This document shows, piece after piece, positions 40,449-54,684 of a stretch of 64,000 nt of DNA. The notes under the pieces were generated by a model. That model saw only the letters and a list, made by a program, of their open reading frames with translations, was not told the origin of the DNA and searched no databases. A program made the position numbers and the translations under genes. Positions within the stretch are counted from its first letter, which is position 1. Each line of letters begins with the position of its first letter. Origin of the DNA: the human T2T-CHM13v2.0 reference genome, Homo sapiens; NCBI RefSeq assembly GCF_009914755.1, contig NC_060940.1; one strand, given 5' to 3'.

Positions 40449-43210
40449 AGCACATCCTTAATTGATGTGACAGATAACAGTTTTTCAAAATAATCACAAC
40501 AGTGTATTCAAATATATATTAAATATATAAACATTTATTTACGCTTACATATAAGTAAAGTGAGTGACAGCGATGACACAAGGAACACAAGGGAAATATT
40601 AGGGACATTTTATAATTATACGGTACTTGCACAATCTGTGAAGTAGTATAGTGTTATTTGAAAGTGCACATGAATTCGTTCTAAATGTATGTTTCAAACT
40701 CTAGGGAAATCACTTTAAAAAGTGAGAAGAGTAGCACAATTGATATGCTAAAAAGGAGAAAAAATGAATTATAAAATGCTCAGTTGAAACCATAAATAGC
40801 AGTTAAAGTGTGGGAGACTAAAAAAAAAAAAGAACAGGGCAACAAATATAAAACAGTAACAGATATGGTAGATATTAATCCAACTATATCAATAATCAAG
40901 TTAAACATCAATGCTTTAAATGCATCAGTTACAAGATAGATATTGCCAGAGTGGTTAAAAAATAAAAACCCAACCTATATTTGTCTGAAAGAATCTACTT
41001 TAAATACAAAAGACATACAGGTTAAAAGTTAAAGATGGAAGAAAGGTACGCCATGCTGTTAATAACACTAACCTAAAGAAAATGGAAATAGCTATGCCAA
41101 TTTCAGACAGAGAAAACTTCAGAGCATGAATAGTTATCAGGGATAAAAATTAATATTACACAATAATAAAGAGGCCAATATTCCAAGAAGATATAATAAT
41201 CCTTATTATATATGTGCCTAACAACCAATATCAAAATATGTGAGGTAAAAACTGATAGGACTCAAGGAGAAATAGATGAATCCACTATTATAGCAAGAGA
41301 CTTTAACACTCCTCTATTAGAAATGGACAGATCCAGCTGGTAGAAAATCAGTAAGTATTTTCAACAGCAGTATCAATCAACTGACTATAATTGACATCCA
41401 TAGACTACTTCATCCAACAATAGCCTGTTACACGTTCTTTTCACGCTTATATAGAGCATTCGCCAACATAGACTGAATTCTGTCCCATAAAACATGTCTT
41501 AATAAATGTAAAAGAATAACTACCATGCAATATCTGCTCTCAAGCCACAATGGAATTAAACTAAAAATCAATAATGAAAAGACAGCTGGAAAATACCAAA
41601 GTACTTGGAGATTAAACAACACACTTTTAGATAACAAATGGGTCAAAGAAAAAAATCTCAAGAGAAATGTTAGAATATTTTGAATTAAATATAAGTGAAA
41701 ATACAACTTATCAAAATTTGTAGATTCAGCAAAAATAGTACTTAGAGTGAAATTTATAGTGCTGAATGTATATATTAGAAAATACGGAAGTTTCAAAATC
41801 AATAATCTAAGCATCCATCTTAAAAAACTAGAAGAAGAGGAAATTATATCCAAAGTAAACAGAAGAAAAGAAAGAAGTACAAAAAATTAACTTAACTGAA
41901 AATGGGAAATTAATAGAGTAAATCAACAAAACTGAAAAAGACCTTTTTAAAAAACATTTAATAAAACTGGGAAGCCTCTAAGCAGGCTATGAAAAAAAGG
42001 GACAAGAAACAAATCACTAATATTAGAAAGGAGAGAAGATACATACTATAAAGCCCATGAAATTGAAAAGGATAATAAAAGAATATTATACACAACTTTG
42101 TGCCCACAAATTTTATAACCTGGATGAAATGGACCAGTTTCTTAAAACACGCAATCTGCCAAAACTCATGTAAAAGGAATAAATATATAAATAGGCTTAT
42201 ATCTACTAAAGAGATTGAATCAATAATTAATAACTTTCCAAAGCAGAAAGCACCAGCTATAGATGGGTTCACTGGTGAATTCTGCCAAACATGGAAGGAA
42301 GAAATTATACAAATTCTCTACAATCTCTTTCAGAAGATTAAAGCAGAGGTAATACTTCTTAACTTATTTAATGGGGTCAGCACCAGACACTACAAGAAAA
42401 GAAAACTACAGACCAATGTTTATCATCAACATAGATAAAAAATTCTCATTAAAATAGTAACAAATCAAACCCAACAATGGTTTTTAAAAAGAGAATTTTA
42501 CATCATAACCAAGAAGGGGATTTATTCCAGATAAGCAAGGGTGGTTTTACATTTGAAAATTAATAAACGTAATCTGTCATATAAACAAGATAAAGAAGAA
42601 AAATCACATAATCATATCAATAGATGCAGAAAAAGCATTTGACAGAATTCAACACCCAGTCATGATAATATCTATATATAATATAAAATACATAATAATA
42701 TATAAAAATATATATTTTATATATATGCTAAATAAGGATAGAAGGGAACTTTTTAAACTTAATAAAGAACATTAGTAAAACATTACACTAACATTACGCT
42801 TAACATTAAGAAACTTCCAGCTTTCCTGCTAAAATCAGGAACAAGACAAGGATGTTTCCTCTTACCACTCCTTTTCAACACTGTACCAGAAGTGCTAGCA
42901 AATTCGATGAGAAAAGAAAAGGAAATAAAAGGTTATTAATATCAGGAAGGAAGAAATAAAACTGCCTTTGTTCACAGATGACATGATTGTCTAAATAGAA
43001 AATCCAAAAGAATCAACAAAAAAACCTCTTGGAACTAATAAACAATTATGGAAAATTTGCAGAATACAAGATTGATAGAGAAATTCAATTGCTTTCCCAT
43101 ACTTCTGCAACAAACAAGTGAAATTTGAAATTAAAAACACATTGCCATTTATATTAGTGCCCCTCAAAATTATATGCTTAGATATCAATCAAACAAAATA
43201 GATACGCATA

Positions 43211-43350
43211 AAGGATTAGTTTCAGGGCCATCCACAGATACCAAAATCCAAAGATGCTCATATTCCTTATATAAAATGATGTAGTACAGTTGGCTCTCTG
43301 TATCTGCAGGTTTCAATCCAAGGTTGGTTGAATCCCTACCTGTGAAACCT
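43211..43350. mobile_element. MER2/MER2B (Tigger) fragment
   Basis: 'cacagataccaaaatccaaagatgctcatattccttatataaaatgatgtagta...ggttggttgaatcc'. Confidence 0.8.
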
Positions 43351-43645
43351 TATGGCATATCGACAACACCCAAAACATGGAAGCAACCAAGATATCCTTC
43401 AGTGGATGAATAGATAAATAAACCAAGGTATACACAAACAATTAAATATTTGCACTAAAGAAAAATGAGCTATCAAGTCATAAGAAAACAGGGAGGAAAC
43501 TTAAATGCATATTACTAAATGAAAGAAGCTAATCTGAAAAGGCTACATACCATATGATTCCAAGTATATGACATTCTATAAAAGGCAAAACTGTGGAGAC
43601 AGTAAAAAGTTCAGTGGTTGCCAGGGGTTAGCAGGGAAGGAAGGG

Positions 43646-43989
43646 TGTATTAGTCTATTTTCACACTGCTATGAAGAAATACCTGAGACTGGGTAATTTG
43701 TAAAGAAAAAGAGGTTTAATAGACTCACAATTCCACATGGCTGGGGAGGCCTCACAATCGTGTTGGAAGGTGAAGGAGGAGCAAAGGCACATCTTGCATG
43801 GTGGCAAGCAAGAGAGCATGTGCAGGGGAACTGTCCTTTATAATACCATCAGATCTAATGCGACATATTCACTACCACAAGAACAGCACAGGAAAAACCT
43901 GCCCCTATGGTTCAATTACCTCCCACTGGGTTCCCCCTCATGACAGGTGGGGATTATGGGAGCTACAGTTTGAGGTGAGATTTGGGTGG
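43646..43989 (-). mobile_element. THE1D-like MaLR solo LTR, missing ~20 bp of its 5' end
   Basis: 'tgtattagtc...acctgagactgggtaatt...ggggaggcctcacaatc...caattacctccc...gagatttgggtgg', joined directly back to L1MC. Confidence 0.9.
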
Positions 43990-44163
43990 AATAGAGCACA
44001 GAGGATTCGTAGTGCAATGAAACTATTCTGTATGATACTATTATATATAGTACTACATGATAATACATGTCACTGTAGATCTGTTCAAAGCCATAGAATG
44101 TACCCCACCAAGAGTGTGCTATGGACTTTGGGTGATAATAATGTGTTAATATAGGTTCATCAA

Positions 44164-44194
<31 letters not shown>

Positions 44195-44429
44195 TGCCAT
44201 TGTGGTGCAGGATGTCAATAGTGGGGGAGGTTGTGCATTTGTGGGGGACAAGAGTAGTATAAGAACTCCATATACTTTTCACTCAATTTTGCTGTGAACC
44301 TAAAACTGGTCTATAAAAATAACATTTGCTAATTCAAAAAGGAAAATATAGTATTAAAAACTGAGTGCTCTCCAGAAAACGGACATAGCAAATACCAAAA
44401 AGTTAAAATAACAGCAATTAAAATAAAAA

Positions 44430-44660
44430 TAACAACTAAGTGGTTAAACATTTACTCTGCACCCTGTCTCATTAACTCTTTATATGCATTATCTCATCTA
44501 ATTCTTGCATCAGCCTGATGAGGTGTGTACTAGTATTTTCTTAAACTTGCAGATAAAGAAACTGAGTCACCAAGAGGGTAAGTCACTCCTGCCAGATGCA
44601 CGTTATAGGTAGTAGAGTCAGGGTTGGCATTTAGTTCCTCTACCTTGCGCTTCGTCCCAA
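44430..44660 (-). mobile_element. MIR
   Basis: 'cattatctcatctaattcttgca...gcagataaagaaactgagtcacc'. Confidence 0.75.
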
Positions 44661-44770
44661 GACACATGCTAATGTCACATTTGTTTTCCAGATCTTGGTT
44701 AGAATGCTGATACATAAAAGTGGCCAGGACTATAAAATACAGAAGAACACTTGGAGTCTTAGATGGAAGA

Positions 44771-44985
44771 GGGGGGCTTCCTCCACCTCTGCAATACTGA
44801 CATTTTAGACCTCATATTTCTTTATTGTGGGAAGCAGTCCTGTACATTCAGAATGTTTTGCAGCAGTTCCACTTCTACCTACTGTACGCCAATAGCACCT
44901 CCACCTTTAATGTGACAACCAAAAATGTCTCCAGACATAATGATTTTCCCCTGGGGGGCAAAATCCCCCCAGTGGAGAACCATTG
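44771..44985 (-). mobile_element. MER20 (hAT-Charlie)
   Basis: 'gtgacaaccaaaaatgtctccagacat...cccctggggggcaaaatc...gagaaccattg'. Confidence 0.9.
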
Positions 44986-46784
44986 CTTTACTACATGCCA
45001 TCACTCCAGGTCTTGATATCAATCACAGAACCAGGCTTAATGTTTCTGTAACTACCAAATACCTAGGCCTTGCTTCACTGTGTTTTTGTCAATCTGACCT
45101 TTTCTAGCTGCCAACGATCTCTGTCCCAGCTCCATCAACAATAAAATGTAGATAATACTTTGCAGAAGTAATGTGAATTTTAAAGCACGACCTTCCTCAT
45201 AGATGACAATGTCAAATAATATTTACTAAAAGACCAAGAGTATAATGATACTCAACAAATGCTGTTTATCTTTACTTTGCCCATCTCACCTAAAATGCTA
45301 CAGTAAACAAAACTGAGCCCCCTCTTCTCCCCTAGTGAAATAACCTAATCACCCACAGACACTCTGAAAGAATGGATGTATTTTTTAAAAATGTCAATTC
45401 CTGAATTTGATGATTTTGCCAGTATACATTAAGTAGACATTTGGAAACATCTGAATAAAGAATGACGCTCCTTAGTTTTTAATCCATATGACTGTGCCTC
45501 TCAGACACAACCTAAAAATGACTTTCGTTAACTATGAAAGCTTCAATGGGCTATATGTGGACTGAGTCCATCCTTTCTTTTGTTTAAAACAGACCATGGT
45601 GTCATAGATTTATGTAACAATGTCTTAGAATCTGATGTGGATTAGAATTTATTTTACATTTCTGCCATAGAATTTCATTTTAATTGAAAAAGGAGATTTC
45701 TTTCTCTGTGTGTGTGTGTGTGTCTGTGTCTGTGCATCTGTGTATATACATATATGATGTCGGTATTTACTTTGTGTTTATATGTGTAAGTGTATGTTCA
45801 TATATACTTTCATGTCTATACATATTTATGTACTTCTATGCATCAAGAGGAAAATTATATTGCTGACATAAAGCTATCTGTATCAGATGAAGATGGAAAA
45901 AGAAAGTTTAACATATTGGCCAATCTGCATAGAGAGCGCATACACAATTGCAGCCCATCTTGGGAGGCAAAAGCAGTACTTTCTTGCTTCTAATGGCTTG
46001 ATAATAGCCATTATCCGCAACAATGTAAATGAAAAGAAAATAAAAAGAGGCATTTTTATGCACTGCCCATTAAGAGCAGCATGCATATAAACTCATGAAC
46101 TTGGAAAATAAATAAACGGACTGGTTGCTAAGCAAAAGCTTGATTTCATTTCCAGTCCTATCGATGGGCATTTTGTCATTAAAAAGATAAAGCTGTTTAA
46201 GCTGTCCCAAGGGAAAGACTTAAAGTGGGATAAAAAAGAATCCAGTGGAGTATGCAGACCTGAGCCAATTTTAAATAATTGCCATTCCACCCTGAAGCCA
46301 GAGATTGTGTTAAGACGTGGCCCAGCAGCCACTGGGAGCAGGGCCTTCCTACAGGAGGTGCCACATACCCAATTTGTCACACCATGGAGCCCTATGGGAA
46401 CAACCCCAAGGCAAAGATAGAGGAGTCCTTGCCTTCACTATGTGATAAAATGATGCTTAAAGACCTGTATATCTTCCTTGCTGGTTTGTCATGTGGCCTC
46501 ATATATCTTTGGAATAGTGTCTGTGAATCATGGAATGAAACTCAAGAGGTCGTTTGGTCCAGCTGCTTGTCCTAACCTCTCTAAATCAATTTAGCTCCAT
46601 AAGTCCCATTTGTATCAATCCACTAAAAGGTACTAACTTTATTTCTGGGTGCATTAACTCAGTAAATGACTTAATATATATGGAGTGCATAATAGTGCCT
46701 GTGCATAATAGACAGTCAATATATGACCATTTCTGCTGTTCCTTATATTTAACATTTTTTTAAAGTCTGCTGATGTAAGAAACT

Positions 46785-47000
46785 TGATTGCCTTTGAAAT
46801 TAGACATAGCTACATTCCAATTATGACTGTGTGTTCTTGAGTGAGGACTTGGCATCTATGAGCCTTAGTTCCTTAATTTATAACACAGGGATGAGAATAC
46901 TTCATGCATTTCATGATTGTTGTGAGAATTAAATGAGGAAATCCTTGCAAAAGGAGGGCATATAGTAAATTCTTAGTGGATGTCAGCTATTATTGTCATC
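46785..47000 (+). mobile_element. MIR
   Basis: 'tgagccttagttccttaatttataacacagggatgagaatac...ttgttgtgagaattaaatgag'. Confidence 0.8.
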
Positions 47001-49624
47001 ACTGCTGTTATCATTTGCATCTCAATAGATGACATTCTGTTGCTGAAACTACAGACATCTCTGGGATAAAAAATGAATGGTACTTTTCTATTACTTATGC
47101 CTTGGAGTGATGTCATGTATTGAGTAATTTTCCTCTTGAGTGGAGCTGACGGCAGAGTTTTATGAGGAATGAGAGAGGGAGGATGATGAAGAGCAAGAAA
47201 GAGGATGAAGATCAAGATTGAGAACTTGGACTTTGTGTGAGAAAGGAGATCTGAGTAGCGACTACTCTCCTGGAGGATGGAAAAGAAGATTCAAGAGTGT
47301 TCAAGATCTCACTTTCATAGAATCAGCTGAACTATGTTCAGGGCTGGGGTGAGACCACAGACAAAGCTAGCAAGGTGCCTGGATTAGGGAGCTCAAGGTC
47401 TAGTCAGGGATAGAGGAATGTAAATGGGCCATTACAATACAAGTCTCAAGTACTTGGATGGCTTAGAAACTCACAGGCAGTGGCACTTAACTCTGACCCA
47501 AGGCAATGAGGAAGACTTCCTGGAGGCATATATATCTTAGAGGCTTCTGAAGAGTTCAGAGGACATAGGAAAAGACAGCAATTGCTCTGCCGCTTATAAA
47601 ATGTAGAATAGCATGCTTAAACTTTCTGAGCTTCAGTCTTGTTTTTCTATAAAATGTGGATAACAGAATACGGACTATGATGATTATAGACATTATAATA
47701 CATATTATACTTATATTAAGGTGCTTCATCAAAATTTCTTATTCATTTATTCAATGAATGCCAGTCTTTATTGCCAAGATGAGAAGCCTGGGCCAGTTAC
47801 TCACCAACTCTGGTCTTCACTTTGCAATTGGCAATCTCTAAAATCCCATTCTTAGGGTGTACAATTTGATGAACAGGGCAAGACTGCTGGCAGATCAAAC
47901 ATCTCCCTCCTCTCTCTCTTGCTCTCTCTCTCTTTCTTTTCCACCCCTCTCTCTCCTGCTATTCAGTCCCTCCTTAAAAAACTTCAAACCCTGCTGAGTA
48001 CAAGAAGGCATATTTAATGCCGGGCGCACACCCATCGGGGACCACTTCCCAGACCACAGCTTCTCCCTTCCTAATTAAAGTCGAGGCTTTGAAATGTTCA
48101 GTGCAGCTTTCTCTGAAGTTGCAGCTGACCAGTTTCTCCTGCTGCCTCTCAAACCTTTAATTTGTCAGTAAAATTGTTCGTTTTTCTTATGACTACTTGG
48201 GGTTTTTCATCCTCCTGTGGCTGCAGAAATGGACCCCGGTGAGCAATGCCTATTTTTACGAGAACTCCCTTGCACAACATTCGGGCTATCTCTGAAAACT
48301 GTTTCAAAGGGAAATGGATGAATGATTTCCTTCAAGGGCACCTGGGTACCTGGGGAATTTAAGTTTCCATGTTTTTTTATTTCCTTGAGGGCTAAGGATA
48401 TATGTTGCTTTCTCCTAAACAGCCAGAACTGAAGCTCAATGCCAAAAAGTGCATTTTTCTCTAGGCCGTTGTTAAATCTCAATTTTGCCTTTGACCAGCT
48501 GTACAACTTGGGTAAGCTACCTGAAGTATTTGCAAGCCTCAGTTTCCTCATTGATATAACAGAGATTAAAATGTGACCTAATTGGGATGATTTGAGAATG
48601 ATAATTACCAGCTCACTCTACATAGCTATGGTACAAATGTTGACAGTTTCCTGGCCTTCACAAAAAGCACAATTTAGTGAGCAGCTAGAAATTTGTGTGG
48701 GATTTTGGTGCCTAAATCCCCTCCTCCATTGTGGATTTGTGGACTTAAGGGGCTACGGGCACAATGAAGCCATAATTATGGGGAAACATAGTATCAATTA
48801 TATTCTTAGTTCAGGCATGACTCCATAACTTCCTTTATAGCACTAAAGAGACTGTGGTGGAGCTGTGGCTGTCTTCCTCATCTCTCCTTTTTAAATCTCC
48901 AGCAGTTGGGCCTGAATGGTCCTCTTCCCAGATCAGCTGCATGGATGAGGCAGGCTGGTCTGAAGAGTGCACTGATAACTAGAAGCTCATTACTTTTTAG
49001 CACAGTGTGTGCCATCCATTAGGGAATCGTGGCCCATTGAATGTTCAGCAGCTCCACTGTTTGCTCCTGAAAAGGAGTTAATCATGTGGTAGGTGGGGAG
49101 GGGCAGAAGCACAGAGCACAGAGGGTTAACAGTGTTGGTCTGTTTTTTTTTCCCACTGCCCATATACAAGGCTAACATACAAGGTCAAGGGACTACATGA
49201 AACAGCCCCACCCTGACCAAGCAGGGCAGATGTATATAGATCAAAACAGACAAGTATGAGTGCAACTGGCTATATTGTGTAATCAAGGGTTAGAAAAGGG
49301 CTGACTCTTTATCAACCCAGTCACAGACACTATGTATATGACAAACAATCAGGAAGAACAAGGGCGAAGTGGTCTCAGGAAGCAACCAGCTCTTAGGGAA
49401 ATTGCTCTGTGCCCTGTAGGTTCTTACTCCTGCTTCATGTGTAGGAATTTATTTCCAGATAGCAGCTCTGTAGGCCTTTTTCTGGGGTCCACCTTTTAAA
49501 AATTGAATTTGGCGAAGCTTATCTTAGTACCTACTGTATACAAGGGTATGGTAGGTACAGTAGGAAAGATAAAAATGCAAAGTCCCAAACCATCTAATGG
49601 TCATCTGCTACAGAGGATTAAGAA

Positions 49625-49810
49625 AGATCTCTAGAGTAAGACTCTGGGAGATGGGTTGCAAGCTGAGTATCGTTAGGCAAGTCACTTCTCTCTAAGCCTC
49701 AGCTTCCTCATCTGCAAAATGGGGTTAATAAAACCTATTTCTCAGGGCTGCTAATATGATTTCACATAAGCAACTGACACACAGAAGTCACTCAGTAAAT
49801 ATTAGTTTCC
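49625..49810 (+). mobile_element. MIR
   Basis: 'ttaggcaagtcacttctctctaagcctcagcttcctcatctgcaaaatggggttaataa'. Confidence 0.85.
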
Positions 49811-50933
49811 CATTCCTACACTACCCACAGGAGAACTCAGATACTGGGCACCATCCTTAGAGAAATGGGAAATGTGGGGATAATAAATCCCAACATCTGC
49901 TTGTTGGACCTTTTATCTGTACTTGGAGACAGGGTGTTTATGGAGACAAGGTAGATTTGCAGTGATGCATTATTAATAGTTTGTGATACGTTCCGGGTGA
50001 TGGATATCTACCCCCAAGGCATACAGCGACAGCTGCATTCTCTCTCAGGGAAAACAACAGCATCAAGCCCGAGCAGAGAGCTCCAAGGGAAAAAAGAACA
50101 AAAAACTTCAGATGCCAATTATAGTCCATGTTGCCTTGCTTGGATTACTAGAAGGATCTCTCCCACCTCCCACTCCATCAACATCATAAATCTTTTGCCT
50201 TGAATTCACAGCACTTCTGTTTAGAAGTTCTTGCTGGCATAGACACTACACTGACAAGAGTTGCAAAATATCCCCTTCTTTCTGGTTGCTTTATGATAAA
50301 GTTTAGAGACTCACAGTACATCACTACCTACTATCTTTTCTGTGCAATGTGACAAAATATTTGTCCTGAGTAAAGATTGGTTGTCTCTGCAGCAGCTCAG
50401 TCGGTGGTGATTTCAGAACACAAAAACATGGAGTTATGCTGTAGAATTAACAACTTTTTAAAGTGACTGGAGGGATTAGAGATTGAAGAGATTGTTGATC
50501 CCCACTCTTCCTGTCTTACAGGTGGGAAGTGGTGAAGGGTTGTGCCAAAGGTTGCATTGGAAATTAGAGGCTAGAGAAAGGATAAGAGCTTTGGGTTCAA
50601 TACCATGTATGCACTCATATTTATTAGAGCTGGTCCAAGATCTGATTTTATGAAGGTGCAAAGTATATCTGATCTTGGGAGTGTAAGCAAGGAGACATTG
50701 CTCTCCCATCAGACACTAATTTTTCTTTACTTACTCTCTGATTCTTGCAGCATCAATTGCAGGTGTGACACCTTTCATTCATTTACATTGGGACAGACTA
50801 ATGCTGTAGACATAACACTGCACTTGGAGACCAGCTAGTTGCATTCTTACTGTAATCATGGAGAATATACCTAAACTCTTTAAACTTTTTTTTCACAAGT
50901 AAAACATTTAATAACAATCTAAAAGTTAATTTT

Positions 50934-51161
50934 TTTTTTTTTTTTTTTTTTTTTGAGATGGAGTTTCACTCTTGTCGCCCAGGCTGTAGTGCAATGGTAC
51001 GTTCTTGGCTCACTGCAACCTCTGCCTCTTGGGTTCAAGCAATTCTCCTGCCTCAGCTATCCAGTAGCTGGGATTACAGGTGCCTGCCACCATGCCCAGC
51101 TAATTTTTTTTTTTTTTTGTATTTTTAGTAGAGACAGGGTTTCACCATGTTGGCCAGGCTG
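50934..51161 (-). mobile_element. 5'-truncated AluS (Sq-like)
   Basis: Antisense Alu ending at '...ggccaggctg'; TSD agttaatttt at 50924-50933 and 51162-51171. Confidence 0.93.
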
Positions 51162-52114
51162 AGTTAATTTTATTTTTGTGACTCACTCATCTACTATTTA
51201 TAGGGCAACCACCAAATGCCTAGTGATATCTCTGTGCTGGGATATGTATGAAGTGGAATACAACACTGTCCCTCTATTTTAGAACTTTGAATTCTACTGC
51301 TGGTTCCGCTCTGACCAGACTCTAGGATTCTGTTTTTTTGGTTTTTGTTTTTAATTTTTCAGTGATCTGAGAATTTGTTATCATGGTAAAGAGTTAATTA
51401 CTTTTTGAGATGGCCCCAGTAAAGGGTGATTTCTGTTTACCTTGAAGAGTTGAATGTCAGTAGCCAAGACTAGGCTTGGTTTTGTAGCAGGTATTAATAG
51501 AAGTGAGTTTATTGGGAAGATGTGCCTGGTTGTACATTTGCAACTATTAGGATCAATGCATTCAGGCTACTACCTCCCCTAATTGTTCTCTCCTTCTTTC
51601 ATCCTTCTCTCCCTCCTACTTTCAAACATTCACTTTTTGTGGACTTGATCTCAGCATTATAAGAGCTACCAAAATGAATTACTCTTTACTCATGAAGCCC
51701 ATTACCTATATGGGGGATGTTAGGGTTTATCCTAGGAATAGTCAGGAGGCGAGGGACATGCAAAGTGTGGATATTACTTAAAATGTTGACATCTTCAACA
51801 ACATGATAGGAGGGATATCGCCCTTTGTGATACATTAATCTAAGGCAGAAGCTTTTAAAGCTTATAATTTGGTTGTAGCTAGGTTATGATGGCTGAGAAC
51901 ATTTCTTATCTATGGAGGTACTCACCTTCGTGAGTGAAGATGACATGCCTGGAAGCCCATGCCTTCACGAATGTATGCCAGCTTTCTTCTAAAAGGTCCA
52001 GTCTTAGATGAACACTTCCTGCATGTGCATGGGCATGTGTGTAGATCTGTAGGTGCAGGCTGTGGAAGCACAGATTCACAGGCCATTACTGTTCCGTCTG
52101 GGGCATGTTTCTAA

Positions 52115-52580
<466 letters not shown>

Positions 52581-53629
52581 TCCTTTGGTGGTTTTGATGA
52601 TGGTCATTCTGAGGAGACAGTGACCTAGTGCCTTTATCTGAAGAACTTGTATCACTGTGAGGGGGACATTTAAGGCCTTGTGTTATCTTGCAACAGAGTT
52701 GAGGGTCACACTTAAGGATCTCATCTCTGTCTGAAGGAAGCTTTCTCATTCTCCCTGCTTCCTTCTTGCAGATCCAGAGAACCAGCCCTGAGTCATTTCC
52801 ACTTTGAAACTGCCACCTCCCACATTTCCCAGTTTCTCGTGGCTGAATCTGCTGCCATTTGAAAATTTTTCTGATTCTCCTGGTTAAGCTCATTGAACTC
52901 TTCATTTGTTTGTTTTTAAAACTAGAAGTCTGGAGGAAGAAGAAAGTTAACTATTATTTATTGGTCTTAATTTTTTTTCAAATATGACTTTAAAACAGAT
53001 TCATTGCTAAGTCCTTTTTCTGAATTATTTTATTGAATGTCCCTAACAACACTATATGTAAATATTATTTTATCTCCAAGTTATGGATAAAGAAACTGAG
53101 GTATCAGATTAAATGACTTATCTAATATTACACAGCCAGTAAGAAGTTAAGCTTTTTTAGACATGATTACTCACATGCTTGGGGAAATAGAGATGAAGTA
53201 GAAAAAAATTATAAAAGCTGAGAATTATGAAATTTACCAAATTCTTAAAAGAATTTGAACTTTAAAAAAATTGAACATTTTTTTGTTTGGTCCCTTTGGT
53301 ATAAAGCTCTTCTATTCCTCTCTTCTTCATTATCTTTATGTCCTCATCCTTTACCCAAGGAAGGTCAAATTATGTCATTCTTTGGCAAAAGCTATGTTAC
53401 CATAATTGTTTAAAAAATGCATGATATAGTTAACTTCTCAAAATAGTTCAAAGTTTTGAAAATGAATCATGTTTCAAACAGTCACCAACTGGAGGCCAAT
53501 TTGCCTGCCATTAAGTGGTTTCCTAGATGCAGAATTTACCAAATGATTTCACTTTATTCTGTCATTTATTCCCAAAAGCACTTAAGAATCACGAAGGAAC
53601 TGAACACATCTTGAGGAATTCATAATGCT

Positions 53630-53860
53630 AATAATCATGGCTGTCATTTGCGGAACCCCTTTACGCTCCAGGCACTTTCTTAAGCTCTTTGTACATGTTG
53701 CCTTATTTGACTATCATGGCAACTCTTTCAGGGAGGGATTACTCTCTCAAGCTTTATTAGTGAGGATGATAAGGTGCAGAAAGGTTAAGTAATGTTCCTA
53801 GGGTTCCTACAAAACAGGAATGAGCAGAGCAGGAATAAGAACAGAAGTGTCCATGCCTAT
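53630..53860 (-). mobile_element. MIR
   Basis: 'ccaggcactttctaagctctttgtacatg...aaggtgcagaaaggttaagtaatg'. Confidence 0.75.
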
Positions 53861-54399
53861 GAAGGTCACACAGATGGAGGAAGCTGAACCGGTCTTCCAT
53901 TGTGTGGCCAGATCTTTCAGACAATCCCTTTAATGACCTACTAACTATAACCCAGACAATATCTCATCATATATAATGGTCTTAAAGGGAGACTTTTCTT
54001 CTAAAACTTGAGTGAGAATAGCACAAGTTTGGCCAATTCGGGCAATTTTCCATCTTCATGCAATAAAATGGTGAGATTTCAATCAACACACAAATGGCTC
54101 AGTCAACACTATACTGACTAATTGGACTGTACTTCTGGGACAGTTGCAAAGTGGACTAATGGGAGCACACCCACATTAGACACCAGAGCAATAGTATAAT
54201 CCTTGTAAAATTGTTTCATTTAGCAAAAAGAGTAATTGAGTATTTCTGGAAATAGTCGCTAGTTTTCTCCTTGACATAGACAGGATACTTTTCTTCTTTT
54301 CACCTCCTTTTTTCCTCTGAAAACAATAGGTATGTGATTAAAGGAGGTCTTTGAAACATGCAGATTTCTAGGACATTGTTTTATATCTCTAAAATAAAA

Positions 54400-54540
54400 T
54401 CTACTATGCTCACTACCAGGGTGATGGGATCCATACTCCAAACCTCAGCATCAAGCAATATTCCAATGCAACACATCCGCACCTGTACCCCCTATATCTA
54501 AAATAAATGTTGACATTTTCATAAAATAATAATAAAAATA
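54400..54540 (+). mobile_element. Short L1PB 3' terminus
   Basis: 'tactatgctcactaccagggtgatgggatc...ccaaacctcagcatca...gcacctgtaccccctatatctaaaataaa'. Confidence 0.8.
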
Positions 54541-54684
54541 TTTATTTCCCCAACACAACTTTTAAATATGAAATCAGTTTTAAAATGGTGTGTATGTGCA
54601 TGTCCATGTGTGGAGTTAAATTGAGTACACGGCAAGGAATGTTGGCGAGTTCTCAAGTTGGAATATTTAACATTGAAATATTTG

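Larger units (their letters stand above)
37722..44325 (+). mobile_element. Near-full-length old L1 (L1MC1/2-like) with nested insertions and an ORF2 deletion
   Basis: 5'UTR; ORF1 remnants (EEKQKGTKAIFEPIITKNFLKL...IIFK); ORF2 motifs [15 protein letters not shown] (~42615) and LFTDDMIV (~42968); L1MC 3'UTR ending 'gctgtgaacctaaaactggtctataaaaataa'. Confidence 0.85.

Noticed and set aside
41428-42438. 104-141 aa hydrophobic ORFs
   Set aside because: Antisense or fragmentary readings of decayed L1 ORF2.
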